Below are positions 26,996 through 37,505 of a stretch of DNA of 64,000 nucleotides, in pieces. The notes below the pieces were generated by a model. That model ran no database searches, was not told the origin of the DNA, and saw only the letters and a program-made list of their open reading frames with translations. The position numbers and the translations under genes were made by a program. Numbering within the stretch: position 1 is the stretch's first letter; each line of letters opens with the position of its first letter. The stretch comes from Paraphysomonas bandaiensis (lineage: Eukaryota; Protista; Chrysophyceae): NCBI GenBank assembly GCA_965644295.1, contig CBFFRP010000146.1:558001-622000 (forward strand). The letters are read 5' to 3'.

Positions 26996-28093
26996 TCACG
27001 AACTTCTTCGACGCTGCACACTTCCCATTCGTTTCACGACTTCATTTCCACTAAAACCCAATTCGGAAGAAGCGCTACCTCTTCTGGAGTCAGAACTACC
27101 GACACTTCCGATAGTGTTCAGTGAATTGTGTCGATTCAATGACTGTCGACGGAGTTGACATTTAACAGAACCCTCCTGAGATAACTTTGGACGGGCAGAT
27201 TCCCAAACTTTAGAACCGCTACCCTGATCTACATCCACCATTCCGTCTGGATTGAAGGAGTAAATACCTCGCTTCGAATTATTATTAAACTTTCGAAAGG
27301 AAAGGTACCCATCATGAGGAGAAAATATTTCTTTCTGTCGTGCACGCCATGCACGCCAGGAAGAACTTGGAAGGCGAAGTGCAAGCTGAACCTGCTTTTG
27401 TATCAGTAGTACTGCTGCCATTAAATCGGTGTGCTCCTCGCAATAGTTTGCAAAAAATTCTTTAGTGACACCAGTCCTACCGAATTTTTTCTGACGTAGA
27501 ATTTCGTCTTTAAGTCTATAACATTATCGAAAACACGTTAAGAAACGACATATTACACCACACAGAGGGCTTACTTGATAACATCAGGATAGTTACTGCA
27601 TTTAGCACCAAAGAGTATATCTGTCATTTTCTCATATTCTTTGTAATCGAGAATGCCGTTGTTGTCAGTATCGAACATTTCAAACACAAGCCATGCTAAT
27701 AACACAAGTTAGAAACAAATTATACATTCTAGTAGCAATACCAAGCTTATCACGAATAGTACAGAAAATCCAAAGGACTAACACCATATCTCTGAATGAC
27801 ACACACTCGAAGTCATTGAGATCAACCAAATTAAAGGCTTGTCGTATGAGAGCGTTATTCTCCAGTCCCATGCGAGCTAGTATTCGTTTTACTTCTGCGC
27901 GTGAAGGATTTTGACCAGCTGTACAAGCAACAGCCCTCGAGAAGAACATGTAGAGCTTCTCTATGTCAACTGTACACAGACCAAGACCTTCTAGTTCATC
28001 CTCACAATAACACGGAAGATCTTTTAATATACTCGGACGAGAACTAGATGATCTTTCTTTACTTTGACTATGCTTTGAGACACCACTTCCCAT
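26996..28093 (-). CDS. EF-hand calcium sensor, calcineurin B/NCS-like, predicted N-myristoylated (3 exons)
   Basis: Starts MGSGVSK. EF-hand loops 'DLNDFECVSFRD' and 'DTDNNGILDYKE'. ORFs 27680-28162 and 26996-27421 are linked through two short introns and a small middle exon. Confidence 0.72.
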
Positions 28094-28555
28094 AATGAAC
28101 TTGTGATGACAGTGGCCGATAGGGCAGATTAGATACAAGTCTAGAAGTATGAGACACTCCACTCTATGAAATCAGAACAACTGATAGCTAGAGTAGTATA
28201 CGGTATACGGTATACCTATACGGTATATACAGCCATGATACTCTGCTGCACGATAGATATCTATGTATAGATTTAGACATCTCCTCTCAAAAAACCAGCT
28301 TTTAATTGTACATAGGTAAAAAACACACGTTTTTCATGTCATCAAAAATTTAAACGAAAAATTCATATGGAGTGGCAGTTGCTTCATGCAAGAGAGTAGT
28401 CCAATTACCAGTCCAAGGTCTTATATGATGCACTCTTGCGATGCAATGCATACATTAGACACAGATCAATCTAGCTATCAAGTATCTGGTTAAAGAAATA
28501 TATATGTTATTACTTTGACACAGAGGTTCATTCTCATTGGTGTGACACGAGTGTA

Positions 28556-29887
28556 ATGGGAGGTGGAGCATCTTCAACCGCTAAAATTGCAAAGAAGATT
28601 TCAATGAGGAATATCATTGGAAGAGGTTCATTTGCAACTGTAAAGAGCGCAATATACACACACAGCAGAAACAGCAGAATTGAGTTAGCTGTAAAAGTTG
28701 TATGCATAAAGCATTGCATTTCAAGGAAAGGGGGAATACGAATCCTTGAAGGAGAGATTCTGGCACTCAAGAGACTAAACTATCACCCTCACGTTTGCAA
28801 TCTCCACTTCGCGTACCATGACAACTCCAACTGCTACATGGTGATGGATTTGTTGGAAGGTGGAGACTTACGATATCACATCAACCACTCTCTGAAGTTC
28901 ACCGAGAAGGGCATTGCTTTTATTGCTGCTTGTATTTCCTCCGCACTGAACCATATCCACTCCCATGGTATCATCCACCGAGGTAAGTTTAGTAGTGTAT
29001 GTTTCTAATGCCGCTCCGTACTGACTTCACTTCGTATCACAGATGTGAAGCCTGAGAATATCGTATTTGATTGTCATGGTTATCCACGGTTGATAGATTT
29101 TGGTATTGCTCACAATAGTGCAACATGTGGGGGTAGTATGGTATGCACTCAATCCAGCGGTACCCTGTGTTATCTTGCGCCGGAAGTTCTAACGCCTACG
29201 AAGCAGCACAGCATAGAGAGTGATTTTTGGAGTCTTGGGGTGGTGCTCTACGAGCTTATGTTTCTTAGGCGACCGTTTAGCAAGCACTGTCCTCGATCCG
29301 CTATTGGCTTTGTTCTTGAGCGGTATAGCGCTTTATGGGATTCCACTAGATATAATATTCTGAGATGTTCCTCTATTTTATATAAAGAAATTACTGTCGC
29401 TGTGGCTGTTTACGACTCTGTTGATCCTCTATGTGATGATGATTTTCTGTTTGAAGTGAATCCGTTACCTGATCGTCTTCGTGTTAAACTTCCACCATTA
29501 ACTGCTTATGGTTCCAAAGTTTCTTCAGATTTCACAACTCTTGTTCAGGGTCTGTTAGACCCACGTGTACCCCAGCGCTTGGGAGCTGGTGTTAATTTTA
29601 CAACTCTACGATCCCATCCATTTTTCAATGTTTTAGATGTATCGTGGGATGAGCTGTTGGAAAAGAATTACTCCTCTCCTATTGATGTCAGTGAATTTTC
29701 GCTGAGTTTTTATTCTGAAGAAAACTTTTGGGCAGAATCCAATCGTCTTTATCTCCTAAAATTTAATGAAATGACCGATATTAACATTGAAGTAAGTCAA
29801 GTGTTGGAGCATTATTCGTTCAATCGTCCTGTGTACTTATCAGGTAAACATTTTAAGGAAAACGTTTCTGTATTTCAACAAAATTAA
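28556..29887 (+). CDS. AGC-group Ser/Thr kinase (STK32/YANK-like), paralog 1; intron 28983-29042
   Basis: GRGSFATV, AVK, HR|DVKPEN across a 60-nt intron, DFG, APE. Starts MGGGASS. Confidence 0.9.
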
Positions 29888-30562
29888 TTTTATGTTCTTT
29901 GTTTTATGACCATTCTATGTTTCTAATATTGTTTTTATGTTTCCAATATTGATCGTAGTCAGTAAGTAAATGTACATCGATGAAATAAGTAGTATTATAT
30001 TATATATTATATTCTTGATGTTGTTGTGAATTTCATCTTGGTAATATACAGATAATATACTTGAATTAAATGTATTAACATTCCTCTCAGTTTACTAAAG
30101 ATTCTATATATTTTATAGCACACTATCTATATTTTGACTCCGAGAATGAGTATAAATAAAATTGTGTTGAAAGTACTACTCAACTTGGTCACTTTAGTGG
30201 GATAGCCTTTGTTATATACTTGATTATCACGTGATATAGATGACTAGTACTGAAAGCCATGAAATATACTGCTACGCGGGTTGTGGTAGTATTGATTGTT
30301 GGAGATAATATGTAACGAACATCGAGTCGCAAAACGTCATACAGAGAATATTATTAGAAAATATAGCTCTGCCCTATGGCGACAATATGGGATCACAATA
30401 GATATGATATTTACACGAAATAATTTCTATACTTTTGAGTAACACATGCTGATTCAATCAAATCACACAAAGTCTCAAAAATATATACGCAATATTCTAA
30501 TCCGCAACGCTTCTTCATTGACAGGATTTACAAGAAAAAAAATACTATGCTGGGAGAAAGCT

Positions 30563-31909
30563 CTACTGGCATATTTTGGACCTGCTTAGTACAAACGAAG
30601 TAGGTCTAATTGACAAATATTGGGGTGCAGTGTAAGTGTATTCATCAAGCACTGCCTTCAATTGCTCCTTTGTAACCACAATATTAGCATTGGTTTTATG
30701 GGGTGAGCGGCAAGGAGGATGCAGTGCAAATCGATCTTGGATTTCTGAATTCACTTTTTCTATACAAATATCGAACGGAGCGGGATACTTCTTTTCCAAC
30801 AGCTCATCCCACGATACATCTAAAACATTGAAAAATGGATGGGATCGTAGAGACGTAAAATTAACACCAGCTCCCAAGCGCTGGGGTACACGTGGGTCTA
30901 ACAGACCCTGAACAAGAGTTGTGAAATCTGAAGAAACTTTGGAACCACAAGCAGTCAATGGTGGAAGTTCCACAAGAAGACGAGAGGGAATAGGATTCTC
31001 TGGTACAGCCTCGTCAAAAAAAAGCGAGGACTCCGTACTACTTTTCGGAGTTGGAGGTTGACTACCAACTACAGTCTCTGTGAAAACTGTTCTAAAGCTG
31101 ACAGGTGGCGATGAAAAATTAGAGGACTCCCAATGAGATTGATATGATTTGGAAACGAAATGAACCGCGGTTCGTGGACAGTGCTTGCTAAACGGTCGCC
31201 TAAGAAACATAAGCTCGTAGAGCACCACCCCAAGACTCCAAAAATCACTCTCTATGCTGTGCTGCTTTGTAGGCGTTAGAACTTCCGGCGCAAGATAACA
31301 AAAGGTACCGCTGGATTGAGTGCATACCATACTACCCCCACATGTTGCACTATTGTGAGCAATACCAAAATCTATCAACCGTGGATAACCATGACAATCA
31401 AATACGATATTCTCAGGCTTCACATCTGTGATACGAAGTGAAGTCAGTACGGAGCGGCATTAGAAACATACACTACTAAACTTACCTCGGTGGATGATAC
31501 CATGGGAGTGGATATGGTTCAGTGCTGATGAAATGCAAGCAGCAATAAAAGCAATGCCCTTCTCGGTGAACTTCAGAGAGTGGTTGATGTGATGTCGTAA
31601 GTCTCCACCTTCCAACAAATCCATCACCATGTAGCAGTTGGAGTTGTCATGGTACGCGAAATGGAGATTGCAAAGAAAAGGATGAGACCCCACTGCTTTC
31701 AGAGTTCGAAGCTCTCCATCTATAACATTCAGACCTCCAGATCTTGACGTGCATGCCTTTATGGAGATGACCTTCACAGCAAGTTCTGCTTTGCTGGGAA
31801 TGTAAACTGCTCTCTTAACAGTCGAAAACGATCCGAAGCCAATAGTAGTGCTCATTGTAATGCGATGTTTGCCACCTTTAGTGACAGTGGATGATGCTGC
31901 GCTTCCCAT
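30563..31909 (-). CDS. AGC-group Ser/Thr kinase, paralog 2; intron 31426-31485
   Basis: Same motifs and the same 60-nt intron. Likely start MGSAASS at 31909. Confidence 0.9.
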
Positions 31910-32273
31910 GACACTATTGACCAGATATGGCAAGTGACTGGATGAGACAATGAGATCATGTATAATGTATTAACATACTTGGGGAGTAGTTTATATTTCC
32001 GTGTGTTGTATTGCAATGTTATTCCCTTTTTCTTTCCTCTTCGTCATTGTCGTGTTAGCTATTGCCATGCTCTCTTGTCCACCTATTCCCTCTGGTCATA
32101 ATATTCCAGTCAAGACGTGTGTGGAGTATTGGGGAAGATATTTGCACTGATGAGGGCAGCCTTTTCCCCAACAAGAATACCCCTCATACGCTTATGAGGA
32201 CTACGACTACAGAGTGTTGTCCAGCACAAGAATTCCCCGCACAAATACATGTCAAAAATGGACAGACTGACAT

Positions 32274-34436
32274 ACTTATCCAATCAGAAGGTAGAATACT
32301 GATAAACTGCAGAATGGTTGGCTCAATAGTATACGTCAGATTCACAACTCCGATCACTTGGTATGCATATGGTTTACAGCACCCCCATGTAGATACTCAT
32401 TATTTCATCGAAGCAACCTGTGAGGCCATTAACATAATCGAGATCAGAGCCTATGGGGGTAGCAATATCAGCCGCATCGTCAATAGAGCAGAACATATCG
32501 ACCAGAAGCACGATAGGAGTCGGATCGTTTTCGACTGTTAAGAGAGCAGTTTACATTCCCAGCAAAGCAGAACTTGCTGTGAAGGTCATCTCCATAAAGG
32601 CATGCACGTCAAGATCTGGAGGTCTGAATATTTTGGATGGAGAGCTTCAAACTCTGAAAGCAGTGGGGTCTCATCCTTTTCTTTGCAATCTCCATTTCGC
32701 GTACCATGACAACTCCAACTGCTACATGGTGATGGATTTGTTGGAAGGTGGAGACTTACGACATCACATTAACCACTCTCTGAAGTTCACCGAGAAGGGC
32801 ATTGCTTTTATTGCTGCTTGCATTTCATCAGCACTGAACCATATCCACTCCCATGGTATCATCCACCGAGGTAAGTTTAGTAGTGTATGTTTTCAATGCC
32901 GCTCCGTACTGACTTCACTTCGTATCACAGATGTGAAGCCTGAGAATATCATATTTGATTGTCATGGTTATCCACGGTTGATAGATTTTGGTATTGCTCA
33001 CAATAGTGCAACATGTGGGGGTAGTATGGTATGCACTCAATCCAGCGGTACCCTGTGTTATCTTGCGCCGGAAGTTCTAACGCCTACAAAGCAGCACAGC
33101 ATAGAGAGTGATTTTTGGAGTCTTGGGGTGGTGCTCTACGAGCTTATGTTTCTTAGGCGACCGTTTAGCAAGCACTGTCCTCGATCCGCCATCAGTTTCG
33201 TTTGTAGTAGATTCAACGATTTCTGGGATTCGTATGATAAATACATTTCGCCACCTGCCTGTTGCAAGACATATTTTACAGAGACTGTTATTGCAAGTCA
33301 ATCATCAACGCCGAAAAGTAGTACGGAGTCCTCGCTTTTTCTTGACGAGACTGTGCCGGAGAATCCTATTCCCTCTCGTCTTCTTGTGGAACTTCCACCA
33401 TTGACTGCTTATGGTTTCGAAGTTTCTTCAGATTTCACAACTCTTGTTCAGGGTCTGTTAGACCCACGTGTACCCCAGCGCTTGGGAGCTGGTGTTAATT
33501 TTACATCTCTACGATCCCATCCATTTTTCAATGTTCTAGATGTATCGTGGGATGAGCTGTTGGAAAAGAAGTATCCCACTCCGTTCGATATTAGTATTGA
33601 AAAAGTGAATTCAGAAATCCAAGATCGATTTGCACTGCATCCTCCTTGCCGCCCACCACATGAAACCAATGCTAATATTGTGGTTACGAAGGAGGAACTG
33701 AAGGCAGTGCTTGATGAATACACTTACACTGCACCCCAATATTTGTCAAAAAGGCAACCTCCATCCCTATTGGATAAGTCTTATGTCTGCCAGTAGAGCG
33801 GAGTTGTGACCGTGGAATGTATTTAACTTTATGTTTATCTATGCATATGGAAACTGCAGTTACGTTTCTATGGCGTTATGCATACGTTTATATGTCGGTA
33901 GTCGAAGTAATTGTCGTATTTTTCCAAAGTTAGTCGGTTTTGGAAACTACTTAAATTAATATATTTTAATTCTTATATTTTATGTCACCTTTGTTTTATG
34001 CACACACTCGAGATAGTCCTGTATTAGCTTGAAAAATTTAATAGTTTGATACTTTGTGAACGCTACTGAGGATGAAGGAGTAAATATTTTATCTCAGATA
34101 GTAATATATAGTTCATTGTTGATTTTCAAATTTATGGATTTTGTACGATTTCATCGTCTGTGATCCTCTTGGTGTGACTATACGTAATATAAGTCATATC
34201 ATCATTAGAGGAGTACATCAGAGAAAATAAATTAATAGATGTTATTTACTCAAACTACGAGCTCGATTCATATTCGCCATACTCAATAGTATAACTACAG
34301 CAGACGAGGTCATATGGTGGTCGTCAAAATAAAAAGTTTTTTAGTACTCTCGGATAAAAGGTTTACACTATTCACACAACTCAGAACTGTACATCTACTT
34401 CTTTAACAGTTCTGTAAGATGCTATAATACTCTTAC
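32274..34436 (+). repeat. Tandem duplication unit (upstream region + kinase + 3' tip of the DUF2779 gene), paralogous to 35244-37547
   Basis: Near-identical from 'acttatccaatcagaagg' through the kinase 3' UTR (~33916 vs ~36886). Then diverged but alignable up to 'ctacttctttaaca..ctgtaagatgct..aatactcttac'. Confidence 0.88.
32453..33796 (+). CDS. AGC-group Ser/Thr kinase, paralog 3; intron 32871-32930
   Basis: Full kinase motifs. The 60-nt intron is stop-free, so the ORF track reads through it. Confidence 0.9.
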   Translation: MGVAISAASSIEQNISTRSTIGVGSFSTVKRAVYIPSKAELAVKVISIKACTSRSGGLNILDGELQTLKAVGSHPFLCNLHFAYHDNSNCYMVMDLLEGGDLRHHINHSLKFTEKGIAFIAACISSALNHIHSHGIIHRGKFSSVCFQCRSVLTSLRITDVKPENIIFDCHGYPRLIDFGIAHNSATCGGSMVCTQSSGTLCYLAPEVLTPTKQHSIESDFWSLGVVLYELMFLRRPFSKHCPRSAISFVCSRFNDFWDSYDKYISPPACCKTYFTETVIASQSSTPKSSTESSLFLDETVPENPIPSRLLVELPPLTAYGFEVSSDFTTLVQGLLDPRVPQRLGAGVNFTSLRSHPFFNVLDVSWDELLEKKYPTPFDISIEKVNSEIQDRFALHPPCRPPHETNANIVVTKEELKAVLDEYTYTAPQYLSKRQPPSLLDKSYVCQ

Positions 34437-34566
34437 AATTGCACTTGAATTCGCTGGTCATATGGTACGTATTCCATGGGCAATCAAGTTAAGAGGTATA
34501 CTTGATACTAGGACAATGATCTGCTCCAATAATCTGATCTACATCGAAATACTCTCACGATATACT

Positions 34567-35117
34567 GCCTGATCAGAGTGATTCGCAGCACCTCCTCTTT
34601 CAATCAGGTGTAGATATAGGAAAACTTGCCCATAAGTACTTTCCTGGTGGTATCGACTGTTCTCCTGATAGTGCATTTGACTATTCTCGGAGTATAGAAC
34701 AAACATCGTTAGCAGTATCTCGTGAACAGCCCGTTATTTATGAGGCCGCATTTCGTGCAGAGAATGTGCTGGTGGCTGTTGATATTCTACGACTGACTGA
34801 CAATGGTTGGTGTGCTTATGAAGTGAAGAGCTCCACGAGAGTAAAGGATTCGCACAAGCTGGATGCTGCTATTCAATACTGGACGATGCGGCATGCTGGG
34901 CTCCATCTCGATTCTATACATATCATGCACATCAACAAGCATTATAAGAGGCAAGGTGCATTAGACGTTCAACAGCTCTTCGTTAGTACTGATGTGACGC
35001 ATGCTGTTAGAGCTCTACAGGATTACGTGTCGATGCAAGTGCACACACAGACACTTGCTTTAGACAGCGAAAGTATACCATCAGTAGATATGGGGCCTCA
35101 CTGCACAAGTCCCTATA
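34567..35117 (+). pseudogene. Inverted, near-identical internal fragment of the DUF2779 nuclease gene (nuclease/Fe-S region only)
   Basis: Reverse complement of ~38397-38946 (PDQSDSQHLLFQSG...GPHCTSPY) with only a few substitutions. Lacks the start codon and the C-terminal domain. Confidence 0.9.
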
Positions 35118-35422
35118 GAAGCGAGCACCTGGATATACGGGTATACGATATACTACACCCACTGTATTACATTAATGGAAGTATCAAATTTCTACATCTA
35201 GACTACAGTGACGTCTAGAAGAGTTCCAATTTTCACTTTACAAACTTATCCAATCAGAAGGTAGAATACTGATAAACTGCAGAATGGTTGGCTCAATAGT
35301 ATACGTCAGATTCACAACTCCGATCACTTGGTATGCATATGGTTTACAGCACCCCCATGTAGATACTCATTATTTCATCGAAGCAACCTGTGAGGCCATT
35401 AACATAATCGAGATCAGAGCCT

Positions 35423-36766
35423 ATGGGGGTAGCAATATCAGCCGCATCGTCAATAGAGCAGAACATATCGACCAGAAGCACGATAGGAGTCGGATCGTTT
35501 TCGACTGTTAAGAGAGCAGTTTACATTCCCAGCAAAGCAGAACTTGCTGTGAAGGTCATCTCCATAAAGGCATGCACGTCAAGATCTGGAGGTCTGAATG
35601 TTATAGATGGAGAGCTTCGAACTCTGAAAGCAGTGGGGTCTCATCCTTTTCTTTGCAATCTCCATTTCGCGTACCATGACAACTCCAACTGCTACATGGT
35701 GATGGATTTGTTGGAAGGTGGAGACTTACGACATCACATCAACCACTCTCTGAAGTTCACCGAGAAGGGCATTGCTTTTATTGCTGTTTGTATTTCATCA
35801 GCACTGAACCATATCCACTCCCATGGTATCATCCACCGAGGTAAGTTTAGTAGTGTATGTTTTCAATGCCGCTCCGTACTGACTTCACTTCGTATCACAG
35901 ATGTGAAGCCTGAGAATATCATATTTGATTGTCATGGTTATCCACGGTTGATAGATTTTGGTATTGCTCACAATAGTGCAACATGTGGGGGTAGTATGGT
36001 ATGCACTCTATCCAGCGGTACCCTGTGTTATCTTGCGCCGGAAGTTCTAACGCCTACAAAGCAGCACAGCATAGAGAGTGATTTTTGGAGTCTTGGGGTG
36101 GTGCTCTACGAGCTTATGTTTCTTAGGCGACCGTTTAGCAAGCACTGTCCTCGATCCGCCATCAGTTTCGTTTGTAGTAGATTCAACGATTTCTGGGATT
36201 CGTATGATAAATACATTTCGCCACCTGCCTGTTGCAAGACATATTTTACAGAGACTGTTATTGCAAGTCAATCATCAACGCCGAAAAGTAGTACGGAGTC
36301 CTCGCTTTTTCTTGACGAGGCTGTGCCGGAGAATCCTATTCCCTCTCAACTTCTTGTGGAACTTCCACCATTGACTGCTTATGGTTTCGAAGTTTCTTCA
36401 GACTTCACAACTCTTGTTCAGGGTCTGTTAGACCCACGTGTACCCCAGCGCTTGGGAGCTGGTGTTAACTTTACAACTCTACGATCCCATCCATTTTTCA
36501 ATGTTCTAGATGTATCGTGGGATGAACTGCTGGAAAAGAAGTATCCCACTCCGTTCGATATTAGTATTGAAAAAGTGAATTCAGAAATCCAAGATCGATT
36601 TGCACTGCATCCTCCTTGCCGCCCACCACATGAAACCAATGCTAATATTGTGGTTACGAAGGAGGAACTGAAGGCAGTGCTTGATGAATACACTTACACT
36701 GCACCCCAATATTTGTCAAAAAGGCAACCTCCATCCCTATTGGATAAGTCTTATGTCTGCCAGTAG
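35423..36766 (+). CDS. AGC-group Ser/Thr kinase, paralog 4; intron 35841-35900
   Basis: Nearly identical to paralog 3, with a stop-free 60-nt intron inside HRD. Confidence 0.9.
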   Translation: MGVAISAASSIEQNISTRSTIGVGSFSTVKRAVYIPSKAELAVKVISIKACTSRSGGLNVIDGELRTLKAVGSHPFLCNLHFAYHDNSNCYMVMDLLEGGDLRHHINHSLKFTEKGIAFIAVCISSALNHIHSHGIIHRGKFSSVCFQCRSVLTSLRITDVKPENIIFDCHGYPRLIDFGIAHNSATCGGSMVCTLSSGTLCYLAPEVLTPTKQHSIESDFWSLGVVLYELMFLRRPFSKHCPRSAISFVCSRFNDFWDSYDKYISPPACCKTYFTETVIASQSSTPKSSTESSLFLDEAVPENPIPSQLLVELPPLTAYGFEVSSDFTTLVQGLLDPRVPQRLGAGVNFTTLRSHPFFNVLDVSWDELLEKKYPTPFDISIEKVNSEIQDRFALHPPCRPPHETNANIVVTKEELKAVLDEYTYTAPQYLSKRQPPSLLDKSYVCQ

Positions 36767-37505
36767 AGCGGAGTTGTGACCGTGGAATGTATTTAACTTT
36801 ATGTTTATCTATGCATATGGAAACTCCAGTTACGTTTCTATGGCGTTATCATACGTTTATATGTCGGTAGTCGAAGTAATTGTCGTGATTTACACAACTA
36901 AAGTATCATATTTTTCCAAAACTAGTCGGCACCTCTGTACGGTTTTGGAAACTTTTGTAATTTAATTCTTAAATTTGATGTCACCATAATTTTTATGGAC
37001 ACACTCGAGTTAGTCCCAAAATACATTATCCCGATTTCGTCTTAAATAAAATAAAGTTTACTCAACGAGCATGTAGATATCTTCGATAACAGTTTACAAT
37101 ACCTTTACTTAAAGTCGTGTTTTATTTTCATGATTTCAGGTACGCAACGAAGATTTTCATGTACACACAACGGCCTCGAATAGTCAAATAGGAATATTTT
37201 GTTCATTATATTGAATTGTAACGAATAGTTTGCCCAGTATCATCATCTGTGACAGATTAGAGTATTCGAAATGAAAGGATGTGGATATTCGAGTATTCGA
37301 ACAAAATATCCGCTTTACTATACGTCGTAAATGACATATGAGGAGTACATCAGAGAAAAATAAATAATAAATAGTTAGGTGAAATTATAGTTATTTCAAT
37401 AGTATAACCAGCACAGACAAGGTCATATCGTGGTCGTCAAAATAACATGTTCTTAATTTCTCTGGTATAAGGTATACACTATTCACAAAACTCAGAACTG
37501 TACAT

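Noticed and set aside
32062-32541. 159-aa ORF upstream of and overlapping kinase 3, partly repeated at 35284-35511
   Set aside because: Non-ATG start and no motifs. The repetition is explained by the tandem duplication.
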